DNA of 64,000 bases, from the NCBI GenBank assembly GCA_046328125.1, contig JAXLXF010000010.1:87808-151807 (forward strand). Reading direction: 5' to 3'. How positions within the stretch are numbered: the stretch's first letter is position 1; every line of letters begins with the position of its first letter. Below the pieces are notes generated by a model, which was not told the DNA's origin, did no database searches, and saw only the letters and a program-made list of their open reading frames with translations. This document shows positions 32,908 through 40,962 of this stretch, one piece after another. Both the position numbers and the translations under genes were made by a program. The stretch is from Chloroflexota bacterium. Its GTDB lineage: Bacteria; Chloroflexota; UBA6077; JACCZL01.

Positions 32908-33750
32908 TCAGTTGCGAAAGGGTGCTCCGAGCGGGTACTCGTTGACGTCCACGCCGAGCAGCTCGCGCATCGCCTTGCCCTGGTTCTTGAACCACTCGTA
33001 CAGGATCACCACGTCCCAGCCGATGCAGAAGTCGCGGACGCCCATGTCGAGGTACGGCTTCGCGGCGTCCGGGCTGCCGAGCTCGACGCGCGGCCGGATG
33101 CCCTTCTTGAGCGCCGTCTCGATGGTGTACTTCTCGGCGGCGATGACGTCAGGATGAAGACCGCCGCCGTAGTTGTGGCCGGGCTTGCCGATGCTCATCG
33201 AGTAGTCGGACGGTCCGAACTGGACCATGTCGATGCCCGGCACGTCGAGGACGGCCTCCAGGTCTTCGACGCAGCCCTTTTTCTCCACCATCAGGCAGAT
33301 GACGGCTTCGTCGAGGGACTTGATCCACTCAGGCGAGCCGCCCTCCAGCACGTAGCCCGCGTCGCGCCGCATCCCGACGCCGTGGATGCCGTCCGAACCG
33401 GGGAACTCGGCGCGGACGGCCGCGACGCTCGCCCTCGCATCGGCCACGCTGCGGATGTCGGCGAACAACAAGTTCTGGATGCCCGATCCGAGTGCTCGCA
33501 CCGTGACGAACGTGCGCGGCTCCTGCTCGACCTTGATCATGCCCGAGAAGTTGGGGAACAGGTCGATGGCGCGGCCCAGGTTCTCCAGGCTGCGAAGGTC
33601 GTACACGCCGTACTCGGCCACGAACTCCACGTAGTCGAACATGCCAGAGTGCCCGATCAGCTCGATGATGGTCGGGTTGTCCAGGTTGGCATGGGTGCCG
33701 AGCGTCGGCTTGTCGTCGCGTAGCAACTGCCGCAGATTGTTCTTGCGCAC
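32908..33750 (-). CDS. HpcH/HpaI-family (class II) aldolase
   Basis: 280 aa. The N-terminus LRQLLRDDKPTLGTH....PTIIELIGHSGMFDYVEFVAEYG and the TIM-barrel pattern are typical of 2-keto-3-deoxy-acid aldolases. Confidence 0.8.
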   Translation of the reverse strand: MRKNNLRQLLRDDKPTLGTHANLDNPTIIELIGHSGMFDYVEFVAEYGVYDLRSLENLGRAIDLFPNFSGMIKVEQEPRTFVTVRALGSGIQNLLFADIRSVADARASVAAVRAEFPGSDGIHGVGMRRDAGYVLEGGSPEWIKSLDEAVICLMVEKKGCVEDLEAVLDVPGIDMVQFGPSDYSMSIGKPGHNYGGGLHPDVIAAEKYTIETALKKGIRPRVELGSPDAAKPYLDMGVRDFCIGWDVVILYEWFKNQGKAMRELLGVDVNEYPLGAPFRN

Positions 33751-33789
33751 AGAGTCTCCTCCCGGAGTGAGTCAGAGCGATACGGTAGC

Positions 33790-34893
33790 CTACTTCGAGC
33801 CCGCTTTGAGGCCGCTCCCGCCGAGCATCACGACGGTCGTCTCGCCGGCCCGCAGCTGGCCGTTGGCGAGCAGGTTGCGGGCGGCGGCGAGCGTCAGGGC
33901 GGCAGTTGGCTCCACATACAGCCCCTCGGCGGCGAGGTCGGCCTGCGCCGCGAGGATCTCCTCCTCGGAGGCGCTGGCTGTGCCGCCGCCGGACTCCCGT
34001 AGCGCTCTCAAGATCTCCTGGCGGCGGATCGGGCGGCCGGTCGCGACGCCCTCGGCCACCGAGACGCCCGGCACCACGCCGGCGATGTCGTCGGCCCCGG
34101 CCTGGAACGCGCGGTGGATCGGGGCGGTGGCAGCAGCCTGGGCGGCGTACAGCCTCGGCATCCGGTCAGTTTCGCCGGCCTCCACCAGCCCGCGGAAGGC
34201 GTAGAACGAGCCGAGCAGCGAGCTCCCCAGCCCGACCGCCAGCACCAGCGCGTCCGGTACCCGGAATCCCAACTGCTCCCAGAGCTCCCAGCCGAGCGTC
34301 TTCATGCCTTCGACAAATAATGGCTGCCAGTTGTGACTGGCGTAGAAGCGGCGCTCGGCGGCCTCGCGGACGGCGGTCGCGGTATCGTCGCGGGAGCCGG
34401 GCACGCGGACCAGCCGCGCGCCATGCGCCGAGATCTGGGCCAGCTTGCCCGCCGAGGTGGACGCAGGGGTGTAGACCTCGCAGTCCAGGCCGGCCCGGGC
34501 AGCGTAGCAGGCCAGCGAGGCGCCGGCGTTGCCTGACGAGTCCTCGACCACCTCGTGGACGCCGAGCTTCTTCAACGCGTTCACGAGCACCGCCGAGCCC
34601 CGGTCTTTGAACGAGCCGCTCGGCATCAGGTACTCGATCTTGAGCGAGAAGGGAGCTGCGCCGCGCAACCCTGGCAGCAGCGGCGTCATCCCCTCGCCGA
34701 AGTACGCCACGGCGTCTGCCTGCTTGATGGGCAACGCGGCATCGTAGCGCCAGAGCGAGTGCTCGCCGGTCCGAATATCGCCCCGCCGCAGAAGCGGAGC
34801 GCCGTCGTAGTTCAGGTGGCTGCCACAGACGCAGCGCCAGACGAGCGCGTCGTCAGGCTCGCGGTGGCCGCAGGCGGGACAGAGATACGTCAT
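33790..34893 (-). CDS. Threonine-synthase-like fold-type II PLP enzyme with N-terminal zinc ribbon
   Basis: CPACGH...CVCG ribbon, PLP-lysine motif SGSFKDRG and the glycine loop GNAGASLA. It overlaps the upstream aminotransferase gene by 4 nt. Confidence 0.8.
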   Translation of the reverse strand: MTYLCPACGHREPDDALVWRCVCGSHLNYDGAPLLRRGDIRTGEHSLWRYDAALPIKQADAVAYFGEGMTPLLPGLRGAAPFSLKIEYLMPSGSFKDRGSAVLVNALKKLGVHEVVEDSSGNAGASLACYAARAGLDCEVYTPASTSAGKLAQISAHGARLVRVPGSRDDTATAVREAAERRFYASHNWQPLFVEGMKTLGWELWEQLGFRVPDALVLAVGLGSSLLGSFYAFRGLVEAGETDRMPRLYAAQAAATAPIHRAFQAGADDIAGVVPGVSVAEGVATGRPIRRQEILRALRESGGGTASASEEEILAAQADLAAEGLYVEPTAALTLAAARNLLANGQLRAGETTVVMLGGSGLKAGSK

Positions 34894-36197
34894 CCCTTCA
34901 CCCGCCGCAAGGCGCGCTCGGCGGCCTCCAGGGTCCGGTCGACGTCCGCGTCGTCGTGGACGGTCGAGACGTACATCTTGGCGCCCGGGTTCATCAAGAT
35001 GCCCTCGCGTACCAGCTCCACGCCGAACGCATAGGTCGCCTTCGCGTCCTGCTTCGCCAGAGTGCGCGCGTCCGAGACCTCGTGCTCGGTGATGGTCGGC
35101 TGGAACACCATCGCCTCGCCGGGCGCCTGGAGCGGCAGCCCAACCCGCCGCCCGACCTCGACAAGTCCTTCGCGCAGGCGGTTGCCCATCGCGTGGAGCC
35201 GCGCGTGGGTGCCGGGCTGCATCAGCACCTCCAGCGTGGCGAGGCCGGCCACTGCCGCGATTGGGTTGCCCGAGAGGGTGCCGCTGATCTGGACGTAGTC
35301 CGGCTCCTTCGAGCGGCGCGGGTCGCAGAGCGTCATGATCTCAGCGCGGCCGGCGACGGCCGCCAGCGGATAGCCGCCGCTGACCGCCTTGCCGTACGAC
35401 GCCAGGTCGCACTCGACCTCGTAATACTCCTGCGCGCCGCCCGGCGCGAGCCGGAAGCCGGTCACGACTTCGTCCAGCACCATCGGGATGCCGTGGTCGC
35501 GGGTGATCTGGCGGACGCCCTGGAGGAAGCCGGGCTTCGGCACGATGCAGCGCTGGAGCGGCTCGATGATGACCGCCGCCAGCTCGTCGGCGTGCTCCGC
35601 GATGATCCGCCCGGTCGTCTCCAGGTCGTTGAACGGGGCGATCAGCACCGTCTGGTCGAGCACCTTCGGGACGCCGGCCGACTCGGCGTGGGCGGCCGGG
35701 AAGTCGGCCTCGCCGTGGGGCGTCACCGAGTACTGGGCGTAGTCGCCGACGCCATGGAAGCCGCCCTCGAACTTGAGGATGGTGTCGCGGCGGCGGTAGG
35801 CACGGGCGAGGCGCAAGGCGTACGTCACCGCCTCGTTGCCGGTGCTCGTGAAGCGGACCTGCTCGGCGCAGGGCGCCAGCTGGCAGATGCGCTCGGCGAG
35901 GCGGATCGCCTCCTCGGTCGGCAGGTAGAACGTGGAGCTACGGGCCAACTGCGCCGAGACTGCCGCCACCACGGCCGGATGGGCGTGCCCCACGAGCATC
36001 GGTCCGGACCCGAGGATGTAGTCCACGTACTCGCGGCCGTCCACGTCGTACACCTTGCTGCCATGGCCCTCGCGCACGACCAGTTGGACCTCGTCCGGCA
36101 GGCGGAAGTAGCCGAGCGATCCTCCGGGCATCGTCGCGGCGGCCAGTTGGAGCAGGCGCTCGTGCTCGGCCGACCGCGTGGTGACGTCAACGGCCAT
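34890..36197 (-). CDS. Class III aminotransferase (GSA-aminomutase-like)
   Basis: The likely start is M16 of the track ORF (MAVDVTTRS...), preceded by GGAGA. Contains DYILGSGPMLVGHAHP, LDEVVTGFR and a SYGKAVSGG PLP-lysine region. Confidence 0.85.
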   Translation of the reverse strand: MAVDVTTRSAEHERLLQLAAATMPGGSLGYFRLPDEVQLVVREGHGSKVYDVDGREYVDYILGSGPMLVGHAHPAVVAAVSAQLARSSTFYLPTEEAIRLAERICQLAPCAEQVRFTSTGNEAVTYALRLARAYRRRDTILKFEGGFHGVGDYAQYSVTPHGEADFPAAHAESAGVPKVLDQTVLIAPFNDLETTGRIIAEHADELAAVIIEPLQRCIVPKPGFLQGVRQITRDHGIPMVLDEVVTGFRLAPGGAQEYYEVECDLASYGKAVSGGYPLAAVAGRAEIMTLCDPRRSKEPDYVQISGTLSGNPIAAVAGLATLEVLMQPGTHARLHAMGNRLREGLVEVGRRVGLPLQAPGEAMVFQPTITEHEVSDARTLAKQDAKATYAFGVELVREGILMNPGAKMYVSTVHDDADVDRTLEAAERALRRVKG

Positions 36198-36311
36198 TGC
36201 TGTCTCCAGAGACGATAGTGTCAGTTGCCGGCACTGTAGCACACCCTGGTGGCGAGTCCGGCCAGCTACCTGCCGGCAGGTCTGCCGCCGGCCTGGGCTC
36301 GCTATGCAACA

Positions 36312-36341
36312 GCCCCCTCATCTACGCTGGGATGAGGGGGC
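36312..36341 (-). terminator. 11-bp-stem hairpin between the MetE-like gene and the aminotransferase gene
   Basis: gCCCCCTCATC-tacgctgg-GATGAGGGGGc lies 28 nt downstream of the MetE-like stop. No obvious U-tract. Confidence 0.45.
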
Positions 36342-36368
36342 CGGGTGATGCTGTCGAGGGTCGGAGCG

Positions 36369-37403
36369 CTACAGGCCGAGCTGCTTCCGGGCCAGCTTTG
36401 CGCCGGCCGCCAGCGCGCCGATCTTCTGGTTGCACATGTAGCGCGGGCTCCAGCCGAAGCCACAGTCGGGATTCACCCAGAGCTGCTCCGGCTTGACGTA
36501 CTGGAGTGCGCGGTGGATGCGCTTCGCCACGTCTTCCGGGGTGTCCGTGTAGAAGTTCTTGACGTCGATGAGGCCAGCGCCCAGCTGCCGGCCATCCGAG
36601 AGCCACTCGCCGACCTTCTCGATCTCCGAGAGCTCGCGGCTGGCGAATTCGAGCACGAACTGGTCGCAGTTGGTCTTCAGCGCGCCGGGGAAGTAGTTGG
36701 CGTAGACGCGCTCGAAGCGCCCGCGCCCGAACCGGTTGCCGAAGCAGATGTGGAACGCCAGCTTCGCCTTGACGCCCTCAGTCGCCTTGTTGAAGAGGCG
36801 GGCCATCTCCTCGCCGGACACGTTGCCGCGGGCCGGCTCGTCAATCTGGATGAACTCGGCGCCGGCCGCGACCAGCCCCTTCAGCTCCTCGTTGATGACC
36901 TCGCAGAACCGCTCGGCGATGTCAACCGTGCCCTTGTACTCGGTGCCCGGGTGGATGCGCGAGCCGAACGTCAGCGGCCCGGCACAGGTCGCCTTGAGCG
37001 GCTTGTCGGTGTGGGCCATCGTGTACTTGAACTCGTCAATAATGCCGAGGCCGCCCTCCGGCACCCCGATCCGCCCCGTCGCGACGTAGCGGGTCTGCTG
37101 GTCGTAGCCCCAGGGGCCGTCCTTCCGCTTGATCTCGATGGGCTGGATGTTCTGGATGACGGTGTAGTACGAATCGACATAGCCGTCCAGGCGGCGGACC
37201 TCACCATCGGTGATGACGTCCAGGCCGGCCTTCGTCATGTCGCGGATGGCGGTGTCGGCGGCGTCGTCCAGCATCTCGGCCAGGTCACCCTCGCCCCAGA
37301 CGCCCTTCTCGTGCTCCCGGACGCCGGCGTACCACCATGATCCTTTGCCGTGCGAGCCGACGACGGTGGCCGGCAGGAGCGGCAAGTTGTCAAATCGTCC
37401 CAT
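36369..37403 (-). CDS. Cobalamin-independent methionine-synthase-like (MetE C-terminal / Meth_synt_2) zinc methyltransferase
   Basis: 344 aa. Zn-ligand pattern H-x-C (AFHICFG), E (LEFA) and C (NPDCGFG), plus an IQIDEPA motif. Confidence 0.8.
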   Translation of the reverse strand: MGRFDNLPLLPATVVGSHGKGSWWYAGVREHEKGVWGEGDLAEMLDDAADTAIRDMTKAGLDVITDGEVRRLDGYVDSYYTVIQNIQPIEIKRKDGPWGYDQQTRYVATGRIGVPEGGLGIIDEFKYTMAHTDKPLKATCAGPLTFGSRIHPGTEYKGTVDIAERFCEVINEELKGLVAAGAEFIQIDEPARGNVSGEEMARLFNKATEGVKAKLAFHICFGNRFGRGRFERVYANYFPGALKTNCDQFVLEFASRELSEIEKVGEWLSDGRQLGAGLIDVKNFYTDTPEDVAKRIHRALQYVKPEQLWVNPDCGFGWSPRYMCNQKIGALAAGAKLARKQLGL

Positions 37404-37441
37404 GTTGGTCAGTCCCCTTCTCTCAATGTGAGTGATATTGA

Positions 37442-37537
37442 CCCCTCCCTCAAGGGGCGCGATAAATCGCGCCCGTACCAGGCACTCGGTCGGACCTCGT
37501 AGGGGCGCAATTCATTGCGCCCACCAGTGGGAGGGGG
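37442..37537. repeat. Composite palindromic element: two inverted copies of CCCCTCCC-N-GGGCGCxAT-NN-ATxGCGCCC
   Basis: GGGCGCGAT-aa-ATCGCGCCC lies at 37455..37474 and GGGCGCAAT-tc-ATTGCGCCC at 37503..37522. They are flanked by CCCCTCCC (37442..37449) and GGGAGGGG (37529..37536). Confidence 0.85.
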
Positions 37538-37579
37538 CTCTTGTTATGTGCACGGTAGGAGATGGTACTCGGTTCGCGG

Positions 37580-39559
37580 TCAGCTGGTGGCGCTGAGCGG
37601 CACGCTCACTCTACCGGCTGGCTCGTCAGTGGCGCGGACCGAATTGAGCAGGCCGCCGACCTGGAGCATCACGCGCTGGCGGTCGCTCGCCTCCACGCGG
37701 GTGATGATGGTCTTCCCTTTGGTCAGGTTCTGGACCGGAATCTCGTTCTCGCCGGACGCCACCAGCCCCCTCACGTCGCCGATCTCCAGCTCGTCGTCAG
37801 GGTCCAGCAAGTCGTAGTCGGCCTCGTTCGCCAGGGTGAGGGGCAAGACGCCAAAGTTGGTCAGGTTGGCGCGGTGGATGCGCGCGAACCCCTTGGCGAT
37901 CACCGCCTTGACGCCCAGGTAGCTCGGGCCGAGCGCGGCGTGCTCACGGCTCGATCCCTGGCCATAGTTCTGGCCGGCCACGATGAAGCCGCCGCCGAAC
38001 TGCTTGGCTCGCCCCACGAACGCGGGATCGACTAGATTGAAGACGTACTCCGAGATGGCCGGCACGTTCGAGCGGAGGGCCAGAATGTGAGCGTGGGCCG
38101 GCAGGATGCCATCCGTGCTGATGTTGTCCCCGACCCGGGTCAGGACCCGGCCGGCGATCGTCTGCGCCATCGGGGCGCGGACCGGGATCGGCTTGATGTT
38201 GGGGCCGCGCCTGATCTCTTCTTTTGAGCCGTCCTCGGCGGGCGGGATGATCGCGCGGTCGTCGATGGTGTAGGCGCGTGGCAGCCTGATCCGGGCCGGC
38301 GCGTCGGTGATCTCTCTGGGGTCCACGACCTTGCCGGCGATGGCCGCCGCAGCGCACGTCACCGGGCTGGCGAGGTAGACGTTGATGCCGGGCGCGCCGC
38401 ACCGCCCCTCGAAGTTGCGGTTGAAGGCCCGCAGCGAGACGGCACCGGTCTGCGGCACAGCCCCGAGCCCCGGGCATGGCCCGCACGACGACTCCAGGAT
38501 GCGGACGCCGGAGGCGATCAGGTCGGCCAGGGCGCCGTTCTGCGCAATCATGTTGTAGACCTGGCGCGAGCCGGGGCTGCAGACGGCGTTCACCTTCGGG
38601 TGGACCATCTTCCCCTTCAGGATCTTCGCCATCACCATCAGGTCTTGATACGACGAGTTGGTGCACGAGCCGATGGCGACCTGATCGACCGGCAGCCCGA
38701 CGAGCTTGTCGATCTGGACGACGTTGTCGGGCATATGCGGCTTCGCCACCAGCGGCCCCAGCTGATCCAGGTCGATGACGATGTGGTCGTCGTACTCGCA
38801 GCCCTTGTCTGGCGCGACGAGGCGGAAGTCGTGCTCGCGCTGCTGGCCGCGCAGGTAGCGGCGGGTCTTCTCGTCCGAGGCGAAAATGGACGTGGTCGCT
38901 CCGGCCTCGGCGCCCATGTTGGTGATGGTGGCGCGGTCGGTGACCTCCAGCGAGGCCGCGCCCGGGCCGTAATACTCGAAGATGCGCCCGACTCCGCCCT
39001 TCACCGAGAGCCGCCTGAGCATCTCCAGGATGACGTCCTTGGAGGCCACGAACGGCTGGAGCTTGCCTCGCAGCTCGACGCCCATGATGCGGGGCATCCG
39101 CAAATAGAACGGCAGACCGGCCATCGCCGTCGCCACGTCCTGGCCGCCAGCGCCGAGCGCCAGCATCCCGACGCCGCCGCAGGTGGGGGTGTGGCTGTCC
39201 GAGCCGAGCAGCGAGTCGCCCGGCCGCGAGAACCGCTCCAAATGCACCTGATGGCAGATGCCGTTGCCGGGTTTGGAGTAGTGGATGCCGTGCTTGTACG
39301 CGACGTCCTGGAGGTAGGTGTGGTCGTCGGCGTTGCGGGTGTCCACCTGCAGCAGCTGGTGGTCGACGTAGCTGACCGAGAGCTTCGTCTTGACGCGGGG
39401 CAGGCCCATCGCCTCGAACATCAGATAGGCGAGGGTGCCGGTGGCGTCCTGGGTCAACGTCTGGTCGATCCGCAGGCCGATCTCCTCGCCGGGCACCATC
39501 TCGCCGCTGAGCAGGTGCGCGGCGATCAGCTTGCGGGCCAGGTTCGTCTTTTCTGTCAT
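37580..39559 (-). CDS. Aconitase-family hydratase/dehydratase (659 aa, fused swivel domain)
   Basis: IDQTLTQDATG and GNGICHQVHLE are present. The Fe-S ligand context is GSDSHT, IGSCTNSS and SCGPCPG. The C-terminal swivel domain carries GQNYGQGSSREHAA. Confidence 0.85.
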   Translation of the reverse strand: MTEKTNLARKLIAAHLLSGEMVPGEEIGLRIDQTLTQDATGTLAYLMFEAMGLPRVKTKLSVSYVDHQLLQVDTRNADDHTYLQDVAYKHGIHYSKPGNGICHQVHLERFSRPGDSLLGSDSHTPTCGGVGMLALGAGGQDVATAMAGLPFYLRMPRIMGVELRGKLQPFVASKDVILEMLRRLSVKGGVGRIFEYYGPGAASLEVTDRATITNMGAEAGATTSIFASDEKTRRYLRGQQREHDFRLVAPDKGCEYDDHIVIDLDQLGPLVAKPHMPDNVVQIDKLVGLPVDQVAIGSCTNSSYQDLMVMAKILKGKMVHPKVNAVCSPGSRQVYNMIAQNGALADLIASGVRILESSCGPCPGLGAVPQTGAVSLRAFNRNFEGRCGAPGINVYLASPVTCAAAAIAGKVVDPREITDAPARIRLPRAYTIDDRAIIPPAEDGSKEEIRRGPNIKPIPVRAPMAQTIAGRVLTRVGDNISTDGILPAHAHILALRSNVPAISEYVFNLVDPAFVGRAKQFGGGFIVAGQNYGQGSSREHAALGPSYLGVKAVIAKGFARIHRANLTNFGVLPLTLANEADYDLLDPDDELEIGDVRGLVASGENEIPVQNLTKGKTIITRVEASDRQRVMLQVGGLLNSVRATDEPAGRVSVPLSATS

Positions 39560-39592
39560 GTGGCGTGCTCCCGATCCCAGGTTCCGGGAGTG

Positions 39593-39693
39593 CCCTCACC
39601 CCCGACCCCCTCTCCCTGTGCGCGGGAGAGGGGGAGCCAGCAGACCGTTCTCCCCTCTCCCGCGCACAGGGAGAGGGGGTCGGGGGGTGAGGG
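39593..39693. repeat. Nested GC-rich inverted repeat (about 41-bp arms, 17-nt spacer); each arm is itself a hairpin
   Basis: The left arm is CCCTCACCCCCGACCCCCTCTCCCTGTGCGCGGGAGAGGGG. The right arm is its reverse complement with one extra C. Each arm has the internal hairpin CCCCTCTCCC-N7-GGGAGAGGGG. Confidence 0.85.
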
Positions 39694-39705
39694 CAATTCT
39701 TCGCA

Positions 39706-40920
39706 TCACCGGGCGGCGGCCGGCTCGCGGGCCGGGAGCTGGAACCAGGCCGTCCCCTCCAGGTACTTCGAGGGGACGTAGATCCGCCCGTCCATGATCC
39801 GTCGCGCCGTCCTGAACGTGCTGACGCTGATCGCGTGCCAGCCCTCGGGGCGCTGCTCTGCCTTGACGCCGATGTCGATGACGCCGGCACCGTGCCCGAT
39901 CCTGACCTCGCCGGAGGTGCCGGAGCCGGCCCGCGCGACCTCGTGCACGACCGTCCCCTCGACGGCGGCGGCGACCGAGGTGCAGATGCCGGCCGTGCCG
40001 GCCAGGGTGCGGTGACACTTGCTCATCGAGATCATGCGGACCGTCAGGTCGATGCGGTCGGCGGGCAGATCGACGCCTCCGGTGGTGCGGTACCCCTTCG
40101 GCGGGGCCACCATCATCACCTTCGGCTGGGCCTTCGCCTTCTCGTGGGCGGTGGCAGCGTCCGGGGCGAATCCGAGCAGGACCGCTGCATGATCGCGGAT
40201 CTCTTCGAGGGTGGCGTGCAGCGGCTTGTTGGCGTCCACCTCGTCTGGGCGCTCGGTGGCGTCCGAGCCCAGGTCGGCGGCGCGCACGAACACCAGCGGA
40301 TTGGCCGCATCCACCAGCGAGACCTCGAAGGACCGTCCGTCCGCCAGCGCGATCGTCTCGCGGACCTTGCCAGTGGGGAGCAGCCCCTTACCGAGCGAGC
40401 CGCCGGGCTCCAGGAACTCCAGCGCGATCCGAGCGGCTGGCCCCGGCACCCCGTCGATGGAATAGTCGCCTTCGGTCTCGGCGCGGCCGTCCTTGACCGG
40501 TACGTGGCAGACGTAGATCTGGCCGGTGTTGACGCTCAGAACGCGGACGGTGGTCACCGGCTCCACAGCCTCGACAAGGCCCTCGTCCACCGCGAACGGC
40601 CCGATGGCGGACGACATGTTGCCGCAGGTGCCCATGAACTCGACGAGCGGGTGCTCGACGTCCACCTGCCCGAAGCGGAACGTGACGTCCGCGCCGGTGT
40701 CCGGCCCGGCCACCCCGACGATGCAGACCTTCGAGAGCGACGAGATGCCGCCGCCCAGCCCGTCGATCTCGCGACCGTACTGATCGGGGCTGCCCACCGC
40801 GGCCAGGATGATGGCGCGCTGGGCAGCGTCGTCGTAGGCTGCGAGGTCGGCCTCGCGGAAGAGGACGGCGCGGCTGGTCCCACCACGGTAGAAGCTCGCC
40901 GGCACGGTGATCTGCGGCAT
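39706..40920 (-). CDS. PrpF-family isomerase (2-methylaconitate/aconitate isomerase-like)
   Basis: The N-terminus is MPQITVPASFYRGGTSRAVLF, followed by GSPDQYGREIDGLGGGISSLSKV. This diaminopimelate-epimerase-like duplicated fold is typical of PrpF/GalD. Confidence 0.85.
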   Translation of the reverse strand: MPQITVPASFYRGGTSRAVLFREADLAAYDDAAQRAIILAAVGSPDQYGREIDGLGGGISSLSKVCIVGVAGPDTGADVTFRFGQVDVEHPLVEFMGTCGNMSSAIGPFAVDEGLVEAVEPVTTVRVLSVNTGQIYVCHVPVKDGRAETEGDYSIDGVPGPAARIALEFLEPGGSLGKGLLPTGKVRETIALADGRSFEVSLVDAANPLVFVRAADLGSDATERPDEVDANKPLHATLEEIRDHAAVLLGFAPDAATAHEKAKAQPKVMMVAPPKGYRTTGGVDLPADRIDLTVRMISMSKCHRTLAGTAGICTSVAAAVEGTVVHEVARAGSGTSGEVRIGHGAGVIDIGVKAEQRPEGWHAISVSTFRTARRIMDGRIYVPSKYLEGTAWFQLPAREPAAAR

Positions 40921-40962
40921 CGTCCTCGTCCCCCTCAGCGTCGATTGGAGTATCGCTACGTT

